This document shows, piece after piece, positions 7,947-19,179 of a stretch of 64,000 nucleotides of DNA. A program made the translations under genes and the position numbers. The notes beneath the pieces are model-generated. The model was given only the letters and a program-made list of their open reading frames with translations. It was not told the DNA's origin and did not search any database. The DNA comes from an uncultured delta proteobacterium (GTDB lineage Bacteria; Myxococcota; UBA727; VGSZ01), in contig CAVZJB010000004.1 in assembly GCA_963775425.1 (NCBI GenBank), positions 604,677 to 668,676 of the forward strand, written 5' to 3'. Positions within the stretch are counted from its first letter, which is position 1, and every line of letters begins with the position of its first letter.

Positions 7947-9581
7947 TCAACCCGCGACGCGCGAGGCTCGACGACGACGCAGCGCGAGCGCGCCCGCGAC
8001 CAGGAGCAAGCCGCCGAGCGGCGCCGCGCCGCCGCCGCCCGCGCAGCCGCATCCCGTGGGCGGGCCGGCGGCGGCGCCCTCGCCTTCGCCTTCGCCTTCG
8101 CCTTCGCCTTCGCCGGCGGCGTCGCCTTCGCCCTCGCCCGCGTCGCCCTCGCCTTCGCCTTCACCGACGTCGCCCTCGCCCTCGCCCTCGCCGCCGCACA
8201 GGGTGAACGAGGGCTTCTTCAAGGTGAAGGTGTCGATGACGCCGGGGTTGCTGTTGCCTGCGTTGGTGGCGATGACCTGCGCCTCGAGCGTGTCGCCGTG
8301 GAGCACGAAGGACACGAAGTGGTGCTGGCCGTCATAGATGAGGTTGGCGGCGATGTCCTGATCGTAGACCCCGGCGTCGCACACGCCGTGGCCGAGGCCG
8401 AGGCAGAAATTGCATGCGGCGTCGACGCACGTGATGTTGTCGAAGCCGGGGATGTCGGTGGTGAGCGCGCCACCGCCGCCGGTGACGACGTAGGTGGGCG
8501 CGACCGTGCCGTCGGGCAGCGGCGCCGCCGGATCGAGGGCGTCCTTGTCGCCGACGGGGAAGGTGCGGCCCGTGCCGCCGAACAGCGTGTCCAGGCCCTT
8601 GGACGGGACGTAGCGCTCGTAGTTGTGCGAGTGGCCGTTCAAGACGAGGTCGACGTGGCGCGCGTCGAAGATGGGGACGAGGGCGGCGTTGATGGCGCCG
8701 CTGTTCTCTTCACCCGTGTGGTGGTTGCCGCGGGAGTAGATCGCCTTGTGGAAGAACACGATCTTCCAGGGCTGCGCGGTGGCCGCGAGATCGCCGTCGA
8801 GCCAGGACGCCATCTCCGGGAGCTGGGTGTCGTCGGTGTGCTGCGAGTTGAGCGACACGAAGTGCACGGGCCCGATGTCGATGGAGTAGAAGTCCTCGGT
8901 GCCCGTGGCGGTGTTGCGCGGGAGCTCGAAGAGCTGGTTGTAGAGCGCGCCGTCGCCGTCGCCGGACTTGCCGTCGTGGTTGCCGACGGTGAGCAGCGAG
9001 GGGACGCGCGACCACGTGGGCTCGCTCGCCTCGATGAGCGCCTGCCATTGGGCCGCGTGCGAGCCGTCGCGCACCATGTCGCCCGTGTTCACGAAGAAGT
9101 CCGGCGAGGTGTCGAACGCCTCACCGATGATGTCGCCGTAGATGGGCGAGACGCCGGCGTCGCCGAACGGGTTGTCGTTGCGGTTGTCGCCGATGGCGAC
9201 GAAGTGCATGGGCGCGCAGGGGTCGTCGGAGAGCGTGGTGAACGACAGGGCGTCCGTGGGGTAGAGCGCGCCTGCGTGGCCGACCTTGTAGAAGTACGCG
9301 GTGGTCGGCTGAAGGCCGGTGAGCCGCGCGGAGAACGACGTGCCGAGCGGGGCGTCCATGGCGTGGGCGTCGGCGTCGGGCACGAGGAACGTGGCGTCGA
9401 GCGCATCGGGGCTCGTGCCGAAGTGGACCTCCTTGTCCGCGGGATCGTCGCTGTTCCACGAGATGGCCACGGACGTGGCGGGGTCACCCGCGTACGTCAT
9501 CCGAACCCCGAAGGGCCCGGCGAGCGCGGGCGCGGCCGCGAGCGCGGTGGTGACAGCGAGGACGACGGCGGACGAACGCAT
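7947..9581 (-). CDS. Secreted purple-acid-phosphatase-type metallophosphoesterase with (GE)n linker and MYXO-CTERM-like tail
   Basis: Signal peptide, FN3-like N-domain (YFYKVG), motifs IGD, TGD, GNHD, FHK, GHSHNYER; tail GCGC..hydrophobic..RRRR. Confidence 0.9.
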   Translation of the reverse strand: MRSSAVVLAVTTALAAAPALAGPFGVRMTYAGDPATSVAISWNSDDPADKEVHFGTSPDALDATFLVPDADAHAMDAPLGTSFSARLTGLQPTTAYFYKVGHAGALYPTDALSFTTLSDDPCAPMHFVAIGDNRNDNPFGDAGVSPIYGDIIGEAFDTSPDFFVNTGDMVRDGSHAAQWQALIEASEPTWSRVPSLLTVGNHDGKSGDGDGALYNQLFELPRNTATGTEDFYSIDIGPVHFVSLNSQHTDDTQLPEMASWLDGDLAATAQPWKIVFFHKAIYSRGNHHTGEENSGAINAALVPIFDARHVDLVLNGHSHNYERYVPSKGLDTLFGGTGRTFPVGDKDALDPAAPLPDGTVAPTYVVTGGGGALTTDIPGFDNITCVDAACNFCLGLGHGVCDAGVYDQDIAANLIYDGQHHFVSFVLHGDTLEAQVIATNAGNSNPGVIDTFTLKKPSFTLCGGEGEGEGDVGEGEGEGDAGEGEGDAAGEGEGEGEGEGEGAAAGPPTGCGCAGGGGAAPLGGLLLVAGALALRRRRASRVAG

Positions 9582-9753
9582 GGGTCACCCCTTGTCCTCG
9601 TCGTGTCACGGTCAAACGTGATTGCAAACGGATTCCCTGACCGATCGGCGTCGTTTTCCCGAGGAAGCGCCGCAGGTGTGCGACACCTCCTGCGCGCGTC
9701 ACGGCGTCGCGGCCGTGACGCTCGACCGCCGCAACGCTCGTGATGCCGCAGCG

Positions 9754-10488
9754 CTACAGCAACGCGTCGAGGATGAAGTAGAAGCCGAGCGCGAGCACGA
9801 GGCCGATGTGGACGACGGCGACGGTCTTTTCGAGCATCTTGGCGGGACCCTTGCCCTTGGTCCCGAACAGGGCGATGGCCTCGAAGAAGAGGATGATGAC
9901 GGTGCAGATGCCGAGGGCCATGCCGATGGGGTGCGCGGGCGCGCCGCCGAAGAAGTTGAGGCGATGGTTGCCCATGAAGAACAGCAGCGGGATGGACAGG
10001 AGCGTGTTGGTCCGGCTCGCGAGGAACGCGCGCGCGCCCGCGGCGGCGGCCTTGGGATTTGCCTGACCGCCGCCGGCGACCGCGTTGGCGGAGGCGATGA
10101 CCTTCTTCTGCGCCGGCCAGATGACGAACCAGACGTTCGCCCACATGATGATGCCCATGGTGGCGCCGAGCTGGATGCCGACGCCGCGCGAGTTGTTCAG
10201 CGCATCCATGGCGCGGCCGCCGGCGAGCGAAGCCGTCACCATCCAGGTGCCCATGATGCACAGGCCCGACAACACCGTGAGCATCGCGCCCCAGCGAAAC
10301 CACCAGAGCGCGCGCGGCACGAGGAGCCGTGTCACGGCGGCCTTGGCCTCCGCGGGCGCCTCCGCGAGGAACGGCACCTGCACGAAGTTGAAGTAGTAGA
10401 GGATGCCGATCCAGGTGATGCCCGCCATGAAGTGGATCCACGCGAAGATCATCTCGGGGCCGGACGCGGTGAACAGCGAGAAGTGCAT
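9754..10488 (-). CDS. DUF989 / urate hydroxylase PuuD-family membrane protein lacking the cytochrome c domain
   Basis: WIHFMAGITWIGILYYFNFVQ, ALWWFRWGA, IMWANVWFVIWPAQKKVI, SRTNTLLSIPLLFFM. Confidence 0.85.
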   Translation of the reverse strand: MHFSLFTASGPEMIFAWIHFMAGITWIGILYYFNFVQVPFLAEAPAEAKAAVTRLLVPRALWWFRWGAMLTVLSGLCIMGTWMVTASLAGGRAMDALNNSRGVGIQLGATMGIIMWANVWFVIWPAQKKVIASANAVAGGGQANPKAAAAGARAFLASRTNTLLSIPLLFFMGNHRLNFFGGAPAHPIGMALGICTVIILFFEAIALFGTKGKGPAKMLEKTVAVVHIGLVLALGFYFILDALL

Positions 10489-10532
10489 CTCGCCTGCGTA
10501 GCACCGCGCCACCGAAGCGCTATATCCGTCGC

Positions 10533-10850
10533 ATGCGTCTCGTGCTCTGTGCCGCCGGCGTCCTCGCCCTGCTCGTCGCCGCGTGCCCGAAGGCGGAGGA
10601 CACCGCCGTCGCGCGGGGCCGCCGCGCGTACATGGGCACGTGCATCACGTGCCACAACGCCGACCCCGCCCTCGACGGCCCCGTCGGCCCCGCCGTCAAA
10701 GGCGCATCCAAGGCGCTCCTCGAGGCGCGCTTGCTCCACGCCGCGTACCCGTCCGGCTACCGGCCCAAGCGCGAGACGCACACCATGCCCGTGCTGCCGC
10801 AGGTGGCCGGCAGCATCGACGACCTCGCGGCCTTCTTGAGTCAGCCGTGA
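10533..10850 (+). CDS. Monoheme c-type cytochrome, probable lipoprotein
   Basis: Signal ending LVAAC; heme motif CITCH; distal MP ligand. Confidence 0.85.
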   Translation: MRLVLCAAGVLALLVAACPKAEDTAVARGRRAYMGTCITCHNADPALDGPVGPAVKGASKALLEARLLHAAYPSGYRPKRETHTMPVLPQVAGSIDDLAAFLSQP

Positions 10851-10896
10851 CGCGGCGTCGAAAAGGACCGCGCAGGCCCTCGCGCCGCGCCGAGAG

Positions 10897-12840
<1,944 letters not shown>

Positions 12841-12914
12841 CACAGCCCACCTCCCGACGGAAAGACCAAAACCGAAGCGTTCGTATGCACGATCCGCCCC
12901 GAGAGGGGAACGGG

Positions 12915-12942
12915 TTGACGTCGGGACGGGCACCGGTAGATT
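12915..12942 (+). promoter_or_regulatory. sigma70-type promoter of infA
   Basis: TTGACG-16 bp-TAGATT, followed by AAGGGAG before ATG 12965. Confidence 0.55.
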
Positions 12943-12964
12943 CCGCGCACCGCAAGGGAGCTGG

Positions 12965-13183
12965 ATGTCGCGAGAAGACCAGATCGAAGTAGACGGAATC
13001 GTGAAGGAAGTGCTGCAAGGCGGCATGTTCCGCGTGCAGCTCGAGAACGGCCACGAGGTCCTCGCATACACGTCCGGCAAGATGAGGAAGTTCACCATCC
13101 GCATCGTCCTCGGCGACAAGGTGAAGGTCGCGCTCTCGCCGTACGACCTCACCAAGGGGCGCGTCATCTTCCGCGCCCGCTGA
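12965..13183 (+). CDS. infA: Translation initiation factor IF-1
   Basis: 72 aa [11 protein letters not shown]...[47 protein letters not shown]. Confidence 0.98.
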   Translation: MSREDQIEVDGIVKEVLQGGMFRVQLENGHEVLAYTSGKMRKFTIRIVLGDKVKVALSPYDLTKGRVIFRAR

Positions 13184-13264
13184 GCCCATGACGGCGGCCG
13201 GCTGCTCCGACGTCGCCGGCTTCTCCAACAAGACAGAGCTCGCGCGCTCGAGCCGGGCGGCGCG

Positions 13265-15535
13265 ATGACCGCGACCGAGCCACCCGCGCCGCTCGCGAAC
13301 ATTGACGCGCCCGTCTACCGGGGGCCCACGGCGGCCGTGGTGTGCGCGTGGGGCTTCCTGGTGGCCAAGGCCGCCGCGGCCGTCCTCGACGTCGCCGGCG
13401 GCGGCGGCGCCCTCGTCGCCCTCGCGTTCGTCACCGGCTTCCTCGGCGACGCCGTCCTCGTGCTCGCGCTCGGCGCCCTCGAGCGCGCCCTCGTCCGGCG
13501 CGGCGCGGCGCGCAGGTTCCTCGTGGTCGTCGGCGCGGCCGCCGGGCTGTACGCGTGCGCCAACGTCTATCTCGTCGCCGCGTACGGCTCGCCGCTCACC
13601 CGGCCGATGCTCGCGTACGCCAAGGACGCCGACACCGCGGTGCTCGCGGGGGCCCCCCTGGCCGCGGCGCTCGCGAGCGTCGCGCTGTTCGCCGTCCTCG
13701 CCTGGCCGTGCGTCCTCGTCGCGCGACGGCTGTTCACGCGCGTTCGCGCGCGGACGGCGGCGGCGGCGCTCGCGGTGCTCGGCGTCTTGGGGGCTGTGCT
13801 GCCGTTCGCCGACGGCGACGGCGCGGTGCGCGCCTTCGGCCTCGACCGCAACGCCCTCGTGCTGTTCGTCCGGAGCGCCTTGCCGGCGCACCACGACGAC
13901 GCGCGCGTCGCGTACGACGCGCCGTGGCCCGCGCCGCGCGACCCGCGGTTCACGGCGCCGGTGCACGTCGACACCTCCCACGGGCGGCCCCACCACATCG
14001 TGATGTGGCTGGCGGAGAGCACCGCCGATCGCTTCGTCGGCAAAGACGTCACGCCGAACCTCACCCGCCTGCAGGCGCACGCCCTGCGCTTTTCGACGTA
14101 CGACGCGAACGCGCCCATCAGCGCCAAGGCCATCTTCACCACGCTGTGCGGCCTCTACCCGTCTCCGGAGGCCGCGTTCGAGACGCGCACCAACCCGCGC
14201 ATCGCGTGCCCGTCGCTCATGGAGACGCTGACGCAGGCGGGGTGGTCGGCCGCGCTCTTTCACGGCGGCTACTTCGCGTTCACCGACAAGCTGCAATTCC
14301 TCGAGGAGCGCGGCTTCGACGCGCTCGTCGACGGCGAGAGCACGCCCAACCGCGACCGCTACTTCAACAACGGCTGGGGCGTCGACGACCAGGCCATCGT
14401 CGACGACGGCCTGACGTGGCTCGACGCGCACCAGGGGCCGACGCTCGAGATCTTCATCCCGCTCCTGCCGCACTACGAGTACTTCATGCCGCCGTCGGCG
14501 CCCAAGCCGTTCGGCGACGGCTCTCTGCTCGCGCGATACAAAAACGGCGTCCACTACAGCGACCACCTCTTCGGCGAGCTCGTCGACGCGTACGACAAGC
14601 GCGGCCTCGCCGACGACACCTTGTTCGTCTTTGTCGGCGACCACGGCGAGGCGTTCCAGGAGCACCCGCGCAACAAGCTGCACGCAGGCTTCCTCTACGA
14701 GGAGAACGTGCACGCGCCGTTGATCATCGTCTCGCCGCGCCTGTTCCCGCAGGCGGAGACGAGCGATCGGCTGGGGAGCCACGTCGACCTCGCGGCCACG
14801 CTGCTCGACCTCGTCGGCGTGCCGAAGCCGGCGGGGATGCAGGGGCAGTCCCTGGTGAGCGACGCGTACGCGTACCGGCCGATCCTGCTCGCCACGTGGT
14901 ACCCCAATCCCCTCGTCGGCCTGCGTGACGGCGACCGCAAGTACATCCGCAACCTCTCGAGCGGCGTCGACGAGCTCTACGATCTGCGCCGGGATCCACA
15001 CGAAAAGCGCAACGTCGCCGCCGCCTTCCCCGACGTCGTCGCGGAGTACCGCGCGCGGCTCGCGGACTTCGTGCCGCGGCAGAAGGCGCGCATCCACGAC
15101 GCGCCCCGGCTCGGCCCCGGCTTCCTCGAGCGCGCGTTCGCCGCGCTTCAGGTCTCCGTCGACGGCGCGCCCTGCGCCCGGGTGGGCGAGCGCATCATGT
15201 GCGCGGGAGGGGCGCAGCTCGAGGTGCGGCCCGAGCGCGTGTTCAACATGGACCGCCGCTGCCTGCGCTTCGTCCCGCCGGAGCACGGCACGCTCCACGT
15301 GCGCGTGCCGCTGCCGGTGCGCACCGTCGGCATCGGCCTCACCGATCGCGCGCGCTTCGCTCACGGGCCGCCGCTGCACGCCTCGTTCGACGACGTCGAG
15401 CTCGTGGTGAACGACGTGTTCGAGACCACCTCCAAGGTGCACACCCGGAAGACCGCGGCGCCCGTCGACATCGACATCCGCCGCGAGCGCGACGGCCGCG
15501 AAAACCGCGCCGCCTGCCTGACCCTGTCGCCCTGA
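13265..15535 (+). CDS. LTA-synthase/sulfatase-family membrane protein
   Basis: About 5 N-terminal TM helices; LAES, SAKAIFTTLCG, PHYEY, GDHGEAF, LYEE..H.PL, ELYDL..DP.E motifs. Confidence 0.85.
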   Translation: MTATEPPAPLANIDAPVYRGPTAAVVCAWGFLVAKAAAAVLDVAGGGGALVALAFVTGFLGDAVLVLALGALERALVRRGAARRFLVVVGAAAGLYACANVYLVAAYGSPLTRPMLAYAKDADTAVLAGAPLAAALASVALFAVLAWPCVLVARRLFTRVRARTAAAALAVLGVLGAVLPFADGDGAVRAFGLDRNALVLFVRSALPAHHDDARVAYDAPWPAPRDPRFTAPVHVDTSHGRPHHIVMWLAESTADRFVGKDVTPNLTRLQAHALRFSTYDANAPISAKAIFTTLCGLYPSPEAAFETRTNPRIACPSLMETLTQAGWSAALFHGGYFAFTDKLQFLEERGFDALVDGESTPNRDRYFNNGWGVDDQAIVDDGLTWLDAHQGPTLEIFIPLLPHYEYFMPPSAPKPFGDGSLLARYKNGVHYSDHLFGELVDAYDKRGLADDTLFVFVGDHGEAFQEHPRNKLHAGFLYEENVHAPLIIVSPRLFPQAETSDRLGSHVDLAATLLDLVGVPKPAGMQGQSLVSDAYAYRPILLATWYPNPLVGLRDGDRKYIRNLSSGVDELYDLRRDPHEKRNVAAAFPDVVAEYRARLADFVPRQKARIHDAPRLGPGFLERAFAALQVSVDGAPCARVGERIMCAGGAQLEVRPERVFNMDRRCLRFVPPEHGTLHVRVPLPVRTVGIGLTDRARFAHGPPLHASFDDVELVVNDVFETTSKVHTRKTAAPVDIDIRRERDGRENRAACLTLSP

Positions 15536-15545
15536 CGACCGGCCC

Positions 15546-17075
15546 TCACCGGCGGTACAGGACGGCGTATCCGACGTCGACGGTCTCGCGCGCCCCCGGC
15601 GGCGGCGGCTTGCCGTGCTCCTGCAGGCGATAGACGCGTCTGCGCGCGCGCTTGTCGAAGTGGATCTTGATGTTCATGGCGCGCGTGGCGAACGTGTACC
15701 AGTCGTACTGCGACGAGAAGTAGCCGAAGTCGAGGCGCACGTACTCGTTCTCGAGCCCCTCGCGCCTGGCGTCGGCGTCGATGGCGGCGAGGGCGCGGCG
15801 GTGCACCTCGAGGCCGATGCGCCCATCGACGTTCCGGGAGACCGACAGCGTGGCCTCGACGCCGCCGGCGCAGAACACGGCGGCGACCGCGACGGCGGCG
15901 GCGCGCGCGGCGACGGAGCGCCGTCGCGATCCCGCCCCCGGGGCGAACACGGCGCACCCCAGGGCCGCGTAGGCGACGAACACGAACGGGTAGAGGTTCG
16001 TCACGTAGTGCCCGAACACCTGCTTGCCCGTGAGCCCGATGAGCGCGAGGTTGGCGGCGAGCGCGGCGAGGAACGCCCAGAGGAAGTGCCGCGGCGCTTT
16101 CCTGACGAACACCACCACGGCGGCGGCGGCCAGGCCGAGCGAGGACAGGAACGCAAACAGCCGCAGCACCGAGAACGGGCGCGCGACGTCGCCGGCGAAG
16201 GCGGCCTTCACGCAAGCGATCTCGTTGGGGCCGCCCCAGTACCCCGACAGCTCGTGATAGGTGACGTCGAGGGTGAGGAACCGGAGCGCGTAGACCGGCA
16301 CCCACAGGAAGCTCGTCGGGAAGCGCTGCTTGTTGCCCACCGTCTCCGAGAAGATCGCGCGCGTGTTGGACAACCCCGTGCCGATCTCGTGTACCGCGAG
16401 GGGCACGTACAAGAGCGCCGCCAGCAGGAGCCCGATGACGACGTAGCGCCGCCGCCAGCGGCGCACCGACGGAAACACGACGACGGCGAGGCCGGCCCAC
16501 GCCACCGGCGTCGACATGTGGAAGTGCGGCATCACCGCGCACAGAGGCAGGAACGCCGCCAGCCACGGGGAGCGCGGGTCCTCACGCACGCGCAGCGCGG
16601 CCAGCAGCGCGAGCACCACGACGAGCGGGAGCACGTTGGGGTTCCACGTCCGGTCGGCGTACAGCGCGCTCCACGGAGACAGCGCCATCAGCACGCCCGC
16701 GAACAGCGCGCCGCGCTCGCCGAAGGGGCGGCGCATCGCGTGCCAGAAGACGCCGACGGTGACGGCGCCGAGGATCTCGACGAACGCGTACTGGGCCTCG
16801 GGCGCGCGCCACACCAGGAGCGGCAACGCCATCACGTACAGGAACGTCGGCCCCGGGAGCCTGCCGGCGCCGTCGGTGATCTGCGTGCCGAGGAGCGGGA
16901 GGTGCTTCCCCTCGACGATGTCCATGCCGATGTTGAAGAACAGCGCCTCGTCGCCACCGAAGCGCGCCGTGTGCAACAGCGCGAGGCGCAACGCCAGCGC
17001 GAGCAGCGCCACGACGGCGCCGCCGAACGCCGGGCGCGCGACCACCGCGCGAAGCGGACCGGGCACCGAGGTCAC
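15546..17075 (-). CDS. ArnT/PMT-like (GT-C) glycosyltransferase
   Basis: GTG start overlapping the upstream stop; RFGGDEA after TM1, LPLLG, GPTFLY, SPWSALYADRTWNPN, multiple TMs. Confidence 0.75.
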   Translation of the reverse strand: MTSVPGPLRAVVARPAFGGAVVALLALALRLALLHTARFGGDEALFFNIGMDIVEGKHLPLLGTQITDGAGRLPGPTFLYVMALPLLVWRAPEAQYAFVEILGAVTVGVFWHAMRRPFGERGALFAGVLMALSPWSALYADRTWNPNVLPLVVVLALLAALRVREDPRSPWLAAFLPLCAVMPHFHMSTPVAWAGLAVVVFPSVRRWRRRYVVIGLLLAALLYVPLAVHEIGTGLSNTRAIFSETVGNKQRFPTSFLWVPVYALRFLTLDVTYHELSGYWGGPNEIACVKAAFAGDVARPFSVLRLFAFLSSLGLAAAAVVVFVRKAPRHFLWAFLAALAANLALIGLTGKQVFGHYVTNLYPFVFVAYAALGCAVFAPGAGSRRRSVAARAAAVAVAAVFCAGGVEATLSVSRNVDGRIGLEVHRRALAAIDADARREGLENEYVRLDFGYFSSQYDWYTFATRAMNIKIHFDKRARRRVYRLQEHGKPPPPGARETVDVGYAVLYRR

Positions 17076-18955
17076 GGCCGCACCTTCGCGCGCCGGTACA
17101 AGCGCCAGTGCGCGCCGCGCACGACGACGTCGCCGGGGACGCGGGTGAAGCGCGCGGCGTCGTCGAGCGCCGGCAGGGCGCGGGCCTCGCGCTCGGTGAC
17201 GAAGACGAGCGACACACCGAGGACGTCGAGGTCCGCCTCGGTCAGGCGCGGAAACACGCGCCTGCGCGCGGCGTGCAGGCGGTCCGCCCGCGCGCGGTCG
17301 AGCAGGTAGCTCGGGTTCTTGCGCCAGTCGCGGCCGGCGACGAGGAAGCCGAGCTGCGCGATGTCCTCGTGGCTCGTGAGGAACCTCTCGTCGCGCCCAA
17401 TCTCGCGGCCGTGCGCGTCGTCGAGGACGGTGCCGATGGCATCGGGAGGAAACTCGCGGTACGCCGGCGCGATCACCCCGTTGAGCGCGCCGTGGCGCAA
17501 CAGCCACACGGAGGCGGACGACGTCGACACCAGCGCGACGACGACGGCCAGGCCGCGGGCGAGCGCCCGCGCTCCCGTGCGTGGCCCGGCGAGGCCCCAC
17601 GAGGCCGCGAGCAGCCAGGCGAGCAGGATGTTGGCGAAGAACGCTCCCGCCGCGAAGAACTTCACGATGTCCCAACTGCGCGCGTACGACGCCACGTTGG
17701 CGACGATGAAGCCCGCGGCGCCGGCGACGACGAGCGCCGCCAGGAGCGGGGCGGCGCTCGCGCTCTTCCCGCCGCGAACGAGCGCGACCACGAGCACGAC
17801 GAGCGCGACCGGCACCGCGAGGAGCGTGGGCCCGAACAGCGACAGGTTGTGCAACAGCAGCGCGCCGGCGGGGTCGTGGAAGTACCCCCGGCCGACGGTG
17901 ATGGCGTCGAGCGCGCCGCCGCCGCGCAGGACGCCGCCGAGCATGAAGCCCGCGGCGCCCGCGGCGGCGAGGAGGGCGAGGCGCAGGGCGAGGACGCCGA
18001 CGGCACGGCCGAAGGGGCGCGGAGACCGGGCGGCGTCGACGACGACGGCGGCGCCGAGCGCGAGGCCCGTGAGGCCGAAGTACACGGTCTGCGCCTGCGC
18101 GAGCAGCGCCGTGACGACGGCGGCGGCCAGCACACGGCGCGTGGTGACGCCGGCGCCGGTGGCGACGAGCAGGGCGGCGAGGGAGATGGGCATGCCGAGG
18201 CCCTGCGGGTGCTGGAAGAAGTTCGAGATCACCGCGGGCGGCATGGTGGTGGCGCCGTTCCACGACGCAGGGAACCAGTCGGCGCACACCATGTCCGGGA
18301 TGGCCCAGCCGCCGGCGAGGCACATCGCTCCCGGGCCGTAGCCGAGGAGGCCGACGAAGACGGCGAAGGCGGCGCCGGCGCGGCCGGCGAGCGCGCGCCC
18401 GGCGTCGGCGAGGATCCACAGGAGCGCCGCGAGGCAAACGCTGGTGACGACGTCGCAGCACGCGTCGATGCGCCACCCGCTGAAGGCGTGGAGGGTGCCG
18501 ACGAGGACGTCGTAGCCGATGTGGTAGCGAAACGGCGCGCCCGGGAAGTACGGCTGGGACGGCGGCAGGAGCCCGCGCGCGATGAGCGAGCCGACGCCGA
18601 AGTGCGTGCTGTCCTCGTCCCACAGGTACGTGGTCCACGCGCACCACAGGCCGCCGGCGAAGACCAGCCCGCCGAGGAGCCACGCGGCGGGGTCGCCGCC
18701 GGTGGTGAACAGCGGCCCCCGCAGGCGGCGGCGCGCGTAGAGGAAGGCGGCCGGCGCGGCGAGGGCGGCCACGACGAGCGCACCGCCGACGACGCTGTGC
18801 AGCGGTCGGCCGCACAGCTCCGGCAACACCGCCAGCACCGCCAGCGACGACGCGAGCCCGACGGACGCGCGCTCTTCGCCGGCGCGCGCGAGCGCCTCGC
18901 GCACACCGGCGACGACGACGGCGACGAGGACCATCAGGAGCAAAGCGCCGGCCAC
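17072..18955 (-). CDS. Polytopic membrane protein, probable GT-C superfamily
   Basis: WDEDSTH..PP..PYFPG..FRYHIGYD loop and more than 10 TM segments. Confidence 0.65.
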   Translation of the reverse strand: MAGALLLMVLVAVVVAGVREALARAGEERASVGLASSLAVLAVLPELCGRPLHSVVGGALVVAALAAPAAFLYARRRLRGPLFTTGGDPAAWLLGGLVFAGGLWCAWTTYLWDEDSTHFGVGSLIARGLLPPSQPYFPGAPFRYHIGYDVLVGTLHAFSGWRIDACCDVVTSVCLAALLWILADAGRALAGRAGAAFAVFVGLLGYGPGAMCLAGGWAIPDMVCADWFPASWNGATTMPPAVISNFFQHPQGLGMPISLAALLVATGAGVTTRRVLAAAVVTALLAQAQTVYFGLTGLALGAAVVVDAARSPRPFGRAVGVLALRLALLAAAGAAGFMLGGVLRGGGALDAITVGRGYFHDPAGALLLHNLSLFGPTLLAVPVALVVLVVALVRGGKSASAAPLLAALVVAGAAGFIVANVASYARSWDIVKFFAAGAFFANILLAWLLAASWGLAGPRTGARALARGLAVVVALVSTSSASVWLLRHGALNGVIAPAYREFPPDAIGTVLDDAHGREIGRDERFLTSHEDIAQLGFLVAGRDWRKNPSYLLDRARADRLHAARRRVFPRLTEADLDVLGVSLVFVTEREARALPALDDAARFTRVPGDVVVRGAHWRLYRRAKVRP

Positions 18956-19179
18956 GGCGGCCGCAGCCTACAGCGCCGACGACGCGACGTGGTCAACCGA
19001 CCCGGGGGCGCGCGTCGTCGGGGACGCCTCGTGGCCGCATGCGGTCGCGGCAGCGCGGGTGCCCGCGGGGGCCGGGCGTGCGGCTCGCTCGCGCCGTGAC
19101 CCCAGCGCGTTGTCGCCCTCGCGCGCACGTGGGACAAGCGTCGTCGACGCCGGCGCGAGTCGGCGCAGACGGAGCGATC

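Noticed and set aside
12841-13302. 5' extension of ORF 10897-13302
   Set aside because: Overlaps infA on the opposite strand; the real signal peptide starts at 12840.
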